Source: Chiloscyllium plagiosum
Lineage: Eukaryota
Reading direction: 5' to 3'
DNA: 64,000 nucleotides
Assembly (NCBI RefSeq): GCF_004010195.1
Contig: NC_057718.1
Coordinates: 3,688,917 to 3,752,916, forward strand
Shown here: positions 52,461 to 64,000 of the stretch, one piece after another
Layout: each line of letters begins with the position of its first letter
Numbering within the stretch: the first letter of the stretch is position 1
The notes under the pieces: model-generated
Databases searched by the model: none
What the model was told of the DNA's origin: nothing
What the model saw: only the letters and a program-made list of their open reading frames with translations
Position numbers and translations under genes: made by a program

Positions 52461-53214
52461 TAATGATATATCTGGTTCACAGGTTGGAGAGCTACCTGCA
52501 GTGAATGGACAGCCAATGGATACTCAGGCAACTGAACGACTGCAGGACATATAAAAAGCATTCACCCCATGACCACTTGGATATGAAAAATCAAAATCTG
52601 TTGTGGTTTACAAAATTCAAATTAATTTTGAATGAATCAGCAATATTAAGAATTGTTAAAAAAATGGGTTTTGTCACTAAGTTGCTGGACTGACTGTATT
52701 TGAATGCAGCTCAGTAACGGTTTCTGGGTTCAGGTTACTGTGTGCCTTCACAGATCAAAAGGAGGGCAGCTGAAGCAAAATTGTCAAACTGACCAAAAAC
52801 AGTGAAAAAAAATCTATTTGTTCTGATAAAAAGAGGAGAAATCTTCAAGCAGGACCAGCTGCACGATTTCTTCCTCCCATTCAGCAAAAGACAAGGAAAA
52901 AGATAATGTTTCCAATATCAGGGTTTCAAACTATTTCCTATTGGAATCTGAAATATGGTCAGAAGATCTCCCATCAATATATAACTTGCAGGAATCATCC
53001 TCATTGACAAGAAATTGAAGGAACTCTGAGAAGCCAGCACATTCTACCACCTGATGTGAGTTCTATACCCCCCTGGGATGGTCATTCTTTAAGGTTTTTT
53101 TTAAAAAAATCTGCTCAAACTATTTCTGCAGAGCTGTGTTGATTGTCTGTAAATGAATGTATGTTTGAGATTAATGGGATATGGTTTTATCCCAAATAGA
53201 AATGTCATTGCTAA

Positions 53215-53972
53215 TGTTATGAAGTTGAAGGCATACACTGTAACTTTAAGAGAGAGTGAATGATGTTCTGAACAGAGAGCTTACAAGCACCTGTGTGATC
53301 TGACTAGATGGCAATCTCGCAGTGTACTGAAATATATGAGATTTGGCTACGAAATGGATACCTGAGTTGGTTGCTGTTTTTTTACAACAATTCCAATTTA
53401 ATCAATCAGTTTAAATTATGCCCCAGAATACTAAAACTGAATTGATTTTGAATTTATTGTTTTGCCAACACTAAACCAATGAGATATTGGGGATATAAAA
53501 ATGCAGACATTTTGAAAATTAGAGACAGAGCAACTGACATTGAGAGAAAGCAAAGAAGTTTGGAAACACTCTCCATCAAATGAGGCTTTTCATATGTAAC
53601 ATATTTGTAGTAAAAAGAAAGAAGATGACCGAGGGAGATCTTCAGCTGGAAGAAGATAGGCACTGAAGATGACAGTGACTGTGTGATTTTGAAATTAGGT
53701 TGATGCAATTTTAATAACTATGTTATTGGAACAGCATATTGATATAGAGTTGGAGGCAGAAAATAAGCAGTTAAGAGAAAGGGGAGTCAAGAGTTGTGAA
53801 TAGTTATTGTTTAATGTTCACTTTTAGATTAAAGAAAAATTGATAATATTTTCTTTGAATAGTGGAATTTGCAAGTTCTCTGTCACTCATATTTTAACAG
53901 ATTATGAGGCGAGATGAGCTTTTCTAGGTGTTTGGTTTAATTAACAGAGAAGTTCATCACCATGTCGAAACA
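53215..53972. mobile_element. Probable solo LTR
   Basis: tgttatgaag...gtcgaaaca; related to 30968-31660. Confidence 0.55.
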
Positions 53973-55342
53973 CTCATCACATGTTCTGCTTGTTTAACCA
54001 ATCAGTCTTGATCATAATACATAAATTAGTTTTGAGATCATGAATTAAATTGCTTTGTTTTTAACCTTTGGATTGGAGGACAGAAGAGAGACAAATTGGC
54101 TGTATTGTTGATTCAGTAACACACTTAATAAGGCCCTTGGTTAATTGGGGATCAATTACGAGTTTACTCCCCACATTAGACTTAACGCTGTGATGTGAGA
54201 TGTGTGGTTTCTATATGATTTTAATATTATTTAGTTTTGAATTTGAATTTTGAGCTAGTGCTATGTAGATTTTAACCCTTGTGATTATGATGGGATTTAA
54301 AAATCAAAATATCAATATTTCTGAAGTTATGATTTCTTTTAACAAAAATATGTGACAGAAACAGTTCTTGGAGTTATGTCAACCCCTATAGGATTGATCG
54401 AGAAGGGTACACTGTCTACTGTCTGTATTAGGTAAAGAGGTACTGTTGGGATCTTTAAAGTATTTTATTTCATTGTCTGTTTCTCAGTCTTTAAAATAGT
54501 GTTTTATGTATATAGCTTGTTTCATTATATTCTTTGTCAGTTCTATTTAACAGAAAGACACTTCATAAAAATCAAAAAATCTTTTCCTCCTGTTGAAACC
54601 AAGTCTGCTGCATTGTGTGTTCCTTTCTCACTGAAACACCCACTAGTTTTATACAAAAAAGAATCCAAGCCGGATTTCAGTCTGGAACCAAACTTGCCCA
54701 ATACTAACATCGTTTGGGACCATAACAACACCAATCAAAGTGATTGGGGCTGTTGCCCTTGGAGAAGGAAAAGTTGAAAAGAGATTTGATCAAAATGGCC
54801 CATCCATTCAGGGTGCCATTCTCTTCTTAGATGATAAAAAAATTATCCTGGGCCAGAGAGGGATGGTGAGATTGGTTGGGAAAGGATGTTTGTGAGTTGT
54901 TCCAAGATATGTGCATTTGAGAGACTGGGATCTAGTTCTGTGAGCACTTCTGGGCACATGGCAACACGGGATCAATTAGTAATTAGAAGATCCTCAGTGC
55001 CAGAGATACCCGGTCCCAGTGAATACTCAGGGAACCATGTACATGGCAATAGGAGGATTGTAAGGAGTCAGACTCAGGGAAAGGCAATCATTCTGAAGAA
55101 AGCAGTGAAAAGGATGAGGAGGGAATGAGTGATATTTCCTGAAGATGCTGCAGTTTCTGACCAATGAGTGGGTCACCAGATAGGGCTGGGGTCAGGGAGA
55201 AGAGACCGGGAGACGTGAGGAGCTTGGAGCATCTGGTGGGGGCACAGGATGTGGGGAAGGGGTGGGGGCAGGGGATCAGGACAGGGAGTGGGAAGAGCCT
55301 GAGGCTGGGAGCTGTAATCAGGAGCTGCCCTTTATTCAGGCA

Positions 55343-55399
55343 ACATCACTGTACACTCTGATCCTGTTGCCCTTCTCTAAATATTTACACAAAAGTTAT
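55343..55399 (+). pseudogene. Inactivated leader exon of the open V exon
   Basis: Aligns to leader 30730-30787 (SLYTLILLPFSKYLH), but the ATG position reads ACA and the donor position reads taaag. Confidence 0.55.
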
Positions 55400-55568
55400 T
55401 AAAGTTATTTAATTACACAAACATGGTTGGTTTGATCTGCTCCAGCTTCACTTATTCAGTCCTTAACCAGATCCATATTTAATACAGAACTTGTTCTCTA
55501 TGAACAACTGGCAGGACATTGTAAACTGGAGAAATGATTCTTACATTCTTGATGTTTTCCCCCTAAAG

Positions 55569-55910
55569 GTGCATCTGGTCCAGTCCCTCTCCAGTCTCTG
55601 ATAGTGGAACGTGTCACTGAGGGTCACACTGCCCATTTACAGTGCACCATGAGGAATGCCACAGTGACACACACTGATGTTCATTGGTACAGACAAGAAC
55701 CAGGGAGTCATGTGAAGCTGTTTTTCACACGTGAAAAGATTTCCACACAATGGAACCCAGGGCTCACGAATCGAATCTCACTTTCCAGAGACAACTCCAG
55801 TAACAGCTTCATTCTGACCATCACAAATGTACAACCCAATGATACTGGGGTCTATTACTGCTCAGTGCAGGGAGAGACCTATGGGGGTGGAAGCCTGCTC
55901 ATTGTAAACA
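55569..55910 (+). CDS. Ig-superfamily V-set exon with germline-joined J-like strand (non-rearranging antigen-receptor-like)
   Basis: ccctaaag|GT GCA..., giving ASGPVPLQSLIVERVTEGHTAHLQCTMRNATVTHTDVHWYRQEPG...RISLSRDNSSNSFILTITNVQPNDTGVYYCSVQGETYGGGSLLIVN a|gtaagt. Has C23, W41 (WYRQ), DTGVYYC and YGGG; phase 1 at both ends; no stops. Expression is unproven. Confidence 0.9.
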
Positions 55911-57029
55911 GTAAGTAGAGTTTACATGACAATTTCCTCCAGCAATAACCTCTAACAAAATGAATGAATTGGGGATGTGTTTGTAATCAACAAGATTGAG
56001 AAGGTGATGGAGAGTGATCTCGGGGATGAAGCTGAGGTCAGGTTCAGTCATTCCCCAAAGTTGCCCTTCTCTGGGTTTAGCCTCAGGGGGTATCTATGAG
56101 GATGAGCACAGTGTGGCTGTTTGCTGAGCTGAAGACGATGTTTCATCTTCACTGTGTTCTCATGTTGGACAGACATTTGGAGAGCCTGGAAACAGCCTTG
56201 TGATGATTGGAGGAGATAAAGGGACAGTGCAATGAAGGGGGCAGATGGAAATGTTGAGCAGGTTGATGAGGGTGAAAGGATGTTATCAAGGTACTCAGGA
56301 ATGGTGTCCTGGAGACACCACAGAGATGATCAGAGTCTGGAAGAGAAATCACTGATGCTGGGAGGAAGCTGATGATGGGAGCAGTCAGAGGGGGACACTG
56401 AGAGAGCAGTGCCAGGAGCTGCAATGTGTCTGAGACTTTCCAACAGAATGTGGACTCAATGTTTCTCAAAGGAGTGGAGAGTTGAAAGGTTCAGTGGATG
56501 GAGAGACAGTGAGACACACCGTCACACGTAGATCAGTTGTGATGCTGATCAGTGGTGGCTCAGTGTTGGGGCTGAGAGTGAACCTGGATTCCAGGATCTG
56601 GAACAGGGAGTGGGCAGGAGCTGGCTCCCCATTGCAAGAGGCAAGAGGCAGTCGGATGGTTGGTCTGGATTGTAGGGACAGAGGGACTCTGTGTGGTGCT
56701 GCTGATTGGCCTGGGAAGGAGCATTGTTGATGTGAGGGGCTCTGTGCTCACATTTCCCTCAGACAGGTAGTCAGTGATTTGGATCAATTTTCTGACAGTT
56801 TGTTGAGATTGTTGAGAAGTAATTGTTTCAATATGAAATATGAGTGACTTAGATAAAGAAAGTGTCCATCCGTGACAATGGGGGCTAGTTCACTGGGACC
56901 AGGGTATAAACAAGGTGTTAGTGTCCAGTGTTTCAGTCTTGTTAGTGATTGTGGTGTGGGTGAGGGTGGGAAGGGGGTTAAGATGGGTGTTAGGGGGATG
57001 AAGCAGCATCCTGTTCTCTAGAGAATGCG

Positions 57030-57770
57030 ACATGTGACAGTCCAGCCCAGGAATAGACCCTTCAGCCCATCAAGTCTGTGGCAATCATGATGCCATTCTA
57101 AATGAACCCCATCTGCCCACACATGGTCCATATCCCTCTATTCCCTCCCTGTAAATGTGTCTGTCTCAATGCCTCTTAAATGCTGCTGTTGAATCTATTT
57201 CTACCACCTCCCCTGGCAGTGCAGTCCAGGCACCTGCCACCCTCTGTGTAATAAACATCCCTCACACATCTTCTTTAAAGTTTCCCCCCTCACCTTAAAC
57301 ATAAGCCCCCCGTGTATTTGACATTTACAGCCTGAGAAAAACACTCTGATTATCCATCCTATCCATGCCTCTCATAGTTTTATAAACTTCTACCAGGTCG
57401 TCCTTCAGTCGCTGATTCTCTTGTGAAAACAATCCAAGTTTGTCCACCCTCTCCTTCTAGACTCATGCACTCCAATCCAGGTAACATCCTGGTAATCCTC
57501 TTTTGCACTCTCTGCATGTCTCCTCATCCTTCCAATAGCACGGTGACCAGGACTGCACACAATACTCCAAATGTGACTGAACTAAAGTGCTCTACAGCTG
57601 GAAATTGGCATGCCAATTTTCATCCTCAATGCACCATCCAATGCAGCCAAGCATGCCATCTGCCTTCTTTACCGTCTTAGCCACTTGTATTGCCACTTCC
57701 GGGAGCTATGGACTTGCATCCCAAGATCCCTCTGGTTATCAATGCTCCTACGGGTCCTGCCATTTATTTA
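57030..57770 (-). mobile_element. CR1 LINE 3' fragment
   Basis: Reverse-complement of the CR1 3' end and RT C-terminus. Confidence 0.8.
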
Positions 57771-57782
57771 TTCTTTCTTCTC

Positions 57783-57815
57783 NNNNNNNNNNNNNNNNNN
57801 NNNNNNNNNNNNNNN
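57783..57815. other. Assembly gap (33 N)
   Basis: Run of N. Confidence 1.
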
Positions 57816-58349
57816 GACACGGTCTGAGACGTCTCGGGCCCTAGCACCCGGGAGGCAACAAACCATCCGTGAGTCTCGCCCATGTCCACAGAACCGCCTG
57901 TCCGTCCCTCTAACTAGAGAGTCCCCTATAACTAGCGCTCTCCTCCTCTCCCCCTTTCCCTTCTGTGTCTCAGTGCCACAGCCCCCTTCCCTGCAGCTTA
58001 CACCTGCAACGCTGTCCCCCCCAACAGTTTCCAAAGCTGTATACTTATTTTTTAGGGGAACGGCCACAGGGGAACCCTGCACTGCCTGCTTCTTCCCCTT
58101 CCCACCTCTAACTGTTACCCAGCTACCTCTGTTCTCCGGCGTTACTATGTCCCTGTAGCTTCTATCAATCACCCTCTCAGCCTCTCGAATAATCCTCAGT
58201 TCATCCAACTCCAGTTCCAGTTCCCTAACTCGTTCGGTGAGGATCAGGATCTGACTGCATTTCCTGCAGACGAAGTCGGCAGGAGTATCGGTGGTCACCC
58301 CTACCTCGAACATCCTGCAGGAGGAACATTCCACCGCCTGCGCTGCCAT
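57816..58349 (-). CDS. CR1 ORF1p N-terminal part (zinc finger, coiled coil, SGNH esterase), open up to the gap
   Basis: MAAQAVECSSCRMFEV...FVCRKC...LTERVRELELELDELR...ALVIGDSLVRG. Confidence 0.9.
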
Positions 58350-58908
58350 GACTGTACACTTTCTCCAAAAACAAGAACACTGAGTCAATAACACTGAGTC
58401 ACTTACCTGTGGACTTTAAAGTTAGGTTAGAGGAGGAGGGTGGGAGGGAGGCCCTACGGAAGTAGGACCTGGGGTCTAGAACACCCCCACTCAAATACTA
58501 ATCACTTACCTTCCCGCCCAGCTATGCGCTCCAACCTCACTGCCGCTGCTCCCACTCAAATGACCGTTGGTGATTAAAAGGGGAGTAATTATACTCACAG
58601 TTCTCCTTCCCGGCTGCCCCTCTGTTTGCCGTCACTTCCTCTGCTGCTCCCGCTCTTTTTGTGAAGAGGGAATAAAAAACACCGCTGCCCGCTAAAGGTA
58701 AGTAATTTTGAAACAAACTGTTTTACCTTAGCTGTAGTCTCCCGGGTTCGCCTTTACTCGGCCGCTGCTCCCACTCAAATGACCGTTGGTGATTAAAAGG
58801 TGAGTATTTATACTCTCAGTTCTCCTTCCCGGCTGCCCCTCTGTTTGCCGTCACTTCCTCTGCTGCTCCCACTCTTTTTGTGAAGAGAGAATAAAAAACA
58901 CCGCTGCT
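58350..58908. mobile_element. CR1 5'-UTR-like sequence with an approximately 220-bp direct repeat
   Basis: gccgctgctcccactcaaatgaccgttggtgattaaaagg...aacaccgctgc at about 58542 and about 58761. Confidence 0.7.
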
Positions 58909-59033
58909 TCTCACGGATGGTTTGTTGCCTCCCGGGTGCTAGGGTCCGAGACATCTCAGACCGTGTCTTCAGAATCCTTAAGGGGGAGGGTGTGCAGCCA
59001 GAAGTCGTGGTGCACATTGGCACCAACGACATG
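58909..59033 (+). mobile_element. CR1 ORF1 esterase fragment, opposite orientation
   Basis: SRMVCCLPGARVRDISDRVFRILKGEGVQPEVVVHIGTND. Confidence 0.85.
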
Positions 59034-59084
59034 AAATGTCTCGAAATGAACCTTCCAGCTCAGTGAGCATTCCTACATCCAGAA

Positions 59085-60950
59085 CTGTGAATAACCTCAC
59101 ATTTCTCTGCATTTTATTGCATTTGCCAAATATTTGTTTACTCAGCCAGTCTGTCCAAAACACCCTGCAGCCTTTTATCATCCTCCTGATAGCACACCAT
59201 GCCACGCAGCTTAGTGTCATCTGCAAATTTGGAGATACTGCATTCAATTCCTTTGTCCAAATTGATAATGTGTGTTGCGAACTGTTGGGATCTCAGCACT
59301 GAACTCTGTGGTATCCCACTCATCACTGCCTGCCATTCTGATAAGGACCTGTTTATTCTAATTCTCTGCTTCCTGTCTGCCAATCGGTTCTCTATCTATG
59401 TCAATATATTACCTCCGATACCATGAGCTTTAATTTTCCTGACTAATCTCATGTCTGGAATCTTGTCAAAGCCTTTTGAAAGTCCAGATACACAACTTTT
59501 ACTGCTTCACCCTTGTCCCCTCTACTGATCACATCTTCAATTAAAAATCCAAAAGATTTGTCAAGCATGATTTCCCTTCAACGAATCCATGCTGACGAGA
59601 ATGAGTTCTGTCACCACTTCCCAAATGCTCAGTTATTACGTCCTTAATAAATACTTCCAGCATTTTCAACACCACCAATTTCAAGCTAACTAGCCTAAAA
59701 CTCCCCATTTTCTCTCTCCCTCTTTTTCTAAGGAATGGGGTTACATTAACTATAGTCGAATCCATTAGAACTCTTCCGGAGTCTACAGAATGCTGGAAAA
59801 TGATCAGCAATATGTCCGTTATTTCTAGGGCCACTTCCTTAAGTACTCTGGGATGCAGAGCATCAGGCCCTGGGGACCTATCAGGTTTTAATCCCATCAG
59901 TTTCCCCAATACCATTTCCTGACTAATAAGGATTTCCTTCAGTTCCTCCTTCATGCTTGACCCTCTGTCCCCAAGCATTTCCTGAAGGAAGGTTCAAAGT
60001 ATTTGATCAACTGAAAAAGAAAAAACAAAAGAACTCCAGCTGCTGCAAATCAGAAACAAAAACAGAAGTTGCTGGAAAAGCTCAGCAGGTCCGGCAGCAT
60101 CTGTGAAGAGAAACCGAAGTTCAGGCTTCAGGTCTAGTGACCTTTCCTGAGAACTGTTCTGAGAAAGGATCACCGGATCCAATTCTCTGCTCAGATGTTG
60201 TCAGGCCTGCTGAGTTTTCCAGCAACCCTTGTTTTTTATATTTATTTAACTGGTTCAACATCTCTTTGTCGTTCATTATTAATTCACTTGATTCTAACAG
60301 GAAGTGACCTACATTTGTCTTCACCAGTCTTTTGCCATTCACATATGTATAGAAGCTTTTACAGTCAGAATTTATGTTTTCCGCAAGCTTACCTTCATAT
60401 TCTATTTTCCCTTTCCGAATTAAAACCTTTGTCCTCCTCTGCTGAATTTTAAATTTATGCCAGTCTCCAGGTTTGCTGCTTTTTCTGGAGAAGTTAAATG
60501 TCTCATCTTTGGCTTTAACACAGTTCCTGATTTCCCTTGTTAACCATAGTTGAGTCACATTCTCTGTTTAACTCTTATGCCAGGCAGGGGTGTACAATTG
60601 CTGAATTTCATCCACGTAATCTTTTATTGTCTGCCATTACCTATCTACCGCCAGCCCAGTAAGTATTCTTGGCCAGCTTATCCTAGGTAATGCATGTCTC
60701 ACATCATCAATGTTAACTTTCTTTAAGTTCAGGACTCTAGCTTCAGATTTAATTATGTCACTCTTCATCTTAATGACAAATTCTATCATGTTATGGTCAC
60801 TTGTCCCTTAAGGATCTCACACCACAATGTTGCTCATCAATCTTATCTCATTACACAATATCCAGTTGAGGATGGCCTGCTCTATAGTTAGTTCCTCGAC
60901 ATATTGCGTGAGGAAACCATCCGTCATACATTCCAGGAAATCCTCCTCCA
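59085..60950 (-). mobile_element. CR1 ORF2 fragment with a nested hairpin element (about 60055-60238)
   Basis: ISKFADDTKL, SPGPDALHPRVLKE and QHGFVEGKSCLTNLLDF. Confidence 0.9.
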
Positions 60951-60964
60951 TCACAGTGCAACAA

Positions 60965-61890
60965 GTTTGCTTCATCAATGACCCTCCCTCTATCATAAGA
61001 TCAGAAGTGGGGATGTTCGCTGATGAGTGCACAATGTTCAGCACCATTCACAACTCCTCAGATACTGTCCATGTTCAAATGCAACAAGACCTGGATAATA
61101 TCCAGACATGGGCTGACAAGTGGCAAATAACATTCACGTCACACAAATGCCAGACTATGACCATCAAGAATAAGAGTCAATCTAACCACCATCTCCTTGA
61201 CATTCAATGGTGTTACTATCACTGACCCCCCACTATCAACATCCTGGGAATTATCATTGACCAGAAACTCAACTGGACTCACCATATAAACACAGTGGCT
61301 ACAAGAGCAGGTCAGAAGCTAGGGTTCTGCGGTGAGTAACTCAACTCCTGACTCCTCAAAGCCTGTCCACCATCTGCAAGGTACAAGTCAGGAGTGTGAT
61401 GGAATACTCCCCACTTGCCTGAATAAGTGTAATCCCACCAAAAATCAAGAAACTTGACATCATCCAAGATCCAGTACCCACTTGATTGGCACCACATCCA
61501 CAAACATCCATTCTCTCCAATACCGACGCTCAGTAGCAGCAGTATGTACTATCTAAAGATGTACTGCAGAAATTCACTAAAGATCCTCAGACAGCATCTT
61601 CCAATCCACGACCACTTCCATTCAGAAGGACAAAGGCAGCAGAGTATGGGAATACCACCATGTTCAATTTTCCCTCCAAGACACTCACCATTCTGACTTA
61701 AAAATATATCACTGTTCCCTCAGTGTCACTGGGCCAAAATATTGGAATTCCCTCCCTAACGGCACTGTGGGTTAACCCACAGCGGGTGAGTGCAGCAGTT
61801 CAAGAAGTTAGCTCACCCCCACCTTCTCAAGGGAAACTAGGGATTGGTAATAAATACTAGCCAGCCAGTGATGGTCACCTCACACAAATG
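60965..61890 (+). mobile_element. LINE 3' fragment (CR1/L2-group, a different family)
   Basis: FINDPPSIIRSEVGMFADECT...MQQDLDNIQTWADKWQITF. Confidence 0.85.
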
Positions 61891-62014
61891 TATAAAAGAA
61901 TCCTGACATCGTGTCAACCATGCCTCTTAGCCATGCAATGGTCCTTGGTTTCTAAATGAGTACATTGCATCAGTGTTCTATGAGAACTTCAAAGCTTTTA
62001 TGAGTAGATTAGAT

Positions 62015-62298
62015 ACACTATAGTATGGAAACAGGCCATTTGGCCCAACAAGTCCACACCGACACATTCCTCAACCTGATATTTACCCATGACTAATGCA
62101 GCTAATACTATGGGCAATTTAGCATGGCCAATTCACATGACATTTATGTTGTGGGAGAAAACTGGAGCACCCAGAGGAAGCCTGTGCAGAAATGGGGCAA
62201 ATGTGCAAACTCCACAGACAGTCACCCAAGGCTGGAATTGAACCTGGGTCTCTGGTGTTGTGGGGCAGCAGTGCTAACCACTGAATCACCATGCCAGC
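62015..62298 (-). mobile_element. HE1-type SINE
   Basis: Same head and core as 20357-20664. Confidence 0.85.
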
Positions 62299-63789
62299 CT
62301 CAATGTTTTCAAGTTCTTTTAGAAGCATTTTCTTTAACTTGAGCACAAATGATCACATGGTCTTGAAATATCTAGAAGTTTCCATGTTAGAAATTCTTTG
62401 GATTATGTCACCCTACACCAGCAATTGGTGATCAAGCTACACAGCCTTCTGAGAGTAGCATGAGTTGACTTGGCATTTAGCTTCAAATTATTCAATGTCA
62501 GGAATTTTGCCCTCCCTCTTGATTTCAGATAACAGGAATGAAAAGTGGTTCTCTCATGCCCACTTTCGGTATACATAGGATACAGATATTCCAATAACTG
62601 CTAGCCATCCAAGCACGTTTAATTTGAGTTTGCTGGGCCTTTTGTGAGCTCATTATGATTACCACTATGGGTCTGAGTCTATCAATTTAATTTTCAAACA
62701 TTTCATTTTTCCCAAAACATGTGCTGAAGTTATTGATCTATGAGTCACATACCCCTCCACCTTCAGAGCTCACACACATGCACACAACCCCCACCCTCCC
62801 ATGGTTTGTTATCAGTGACCAGCACCTTAAAAAGTCCTTATATTGCAAAAGATGCGTGCAATGTTACTCTCATTGTTTCCATGTTTGACACCTGAATCCT
62901 ATGTGTGTTCAATCACTTTGAGTGGGTGTCCACACAAACTGAAAATACAGAGCCCATAAAAAGATTGACATATTCAACATGTAACTGGGTCCAGGGTTCA
63001 CCCGGCCATTCCCATGAAATGAGGGAGCTGCTGGCGGTAATTTTTGTCTGTGCTGGCACTCTGGGCACTGCTCACCAATGTGGCTGTCGCTGCATCCATT
63101 CCTGGCCACCAGCGATTACCTTCCACCACATTTTAATTTTGGAAGCCCCTGGATGACCCTGGTGGAGTTCTGGCGGGAACCTTTGCTCGGTGGAATCACT
63201 CCTGCTCCCTACAGTAATCTGCCATCCTCTATGGTAATCAGGGCTCAGCCGGTCCAGAAAGGTTTCAGTTCAGGTTGTGATGGCCCTTTGACTTCCCCCA
63301 ACAACACCAGCTGTTTTAGTTTAGCCAGGACCAGATCTTTTAGTGTCCAGAGTCAGGTCTGGTCAGCGGTGATGAGAAGGGTCTCCAGAAAGTTTATAAT
63401 TAGAACAGATTCTTCCAGTGACAGCATCACCGGTGGATTAATCTGCCAGCAGGAGGTGACTCAAGGCATCATATTTAGGACATAGCCTTCTGGAGTTTTC
63501 TGTCACCAAATTCCCCTTTATTTACACATGCTCAGTACGTGACACTGATCCAGCTCCCTCAGAGCCAACTTTCAGAGTGAACAGAACCCCTGAATCTCCT
63601 GTTCTTATCTGTCAGCCAGGGTTTCCTGATTGGACCAGGCTAATAGCCCCAATCAGGGAACTCATATTCCATGAAGTCTACCTGGCTGACCTCGTTACAC
63701 TCCCCATACAGGGTCCCACCATTATTTGTATATGTCCGACCCTGGTTTGCCTTACCAATATATACAACCTCAGGTCTGTTTAAATTGAA

Positions 63790-64000
63790 CATGATCTGCT
63801 AATCCTTAGCCCATTGGCCCATCTGATCCAGGTCCCATTGGACTCAAAGATAACCATCTTCACTGTCCACCATAACATCTATTTTGGTGTCATCTGCAAA
63901 CGTGCTAGCCATACCTCCTACATTCACATTCAAATAATTTATAAAAATGATGAAAAGCAGTGGATCTAGCACTAATCCATGTGGAACAGTGCTAGGCACA
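63790..64000 (-). mobile_element. CR1 RT fragment
   Basis: Reverse complement encodes VPHGLVLDPLLF...FADDTKI. Confidence 0.75.

Noticed and set aside
55604-55918. ORF-track start (GTG) and stop for the V domain
   Set aside because: The real boundaries are splice sites at 55569 and 55910. The track's start is internal and its stop is intronic.
56107-56156. Facing RSS-like heptamers CACAGTG and CACTGTG downstream of the V exon
   Set aside because: No nonamer at 12 or 23 spacing, and they are about 200 nt into the intron rather than adjacent to coding ends.

Overview
Vertebrate genomic DNA, most likely a cartilaginous fish: shark-type HE1 SINEs, abundant CR1 LINEs and Penelope-like repeats, with two assembly gaps. 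Most of the window is decayed transposon sequence: CR1 LINEs, a Gmr1-type Gypsy element, an epsilon/fish-type endogenous retrovirus, solo LTRs and Penelope-like elements. The ORF track largely misses the main biological content, a cluster of six paralogous immunoglobulin-superfamily V exons. In the complete copies the V and J-like parts sit in one germline exon (YYC-6 aa-YGxG-like strand, then a phase-1 GT donor) with no recombination signals. One copy is an open exon (55569-55910, +). Five are minus-strand pseudogenes belonging to two subfamilies. The cluster grew by a direct segmental duplication (about 0.15-7.2 kb vs 16.3-21.7 kb) and an older inverted copy (42-56 kb). No convincing constant-domain exon was found. 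Other notable structures are an inverted duplication with head-to-head promoter-like arms (9.6-15 kb), a 24-bp minisatellite, and minimal hammerhead-ribozyme-like motifs in Penelope repeats. All alignments were done by eye, and transposon boundaries are approximate.
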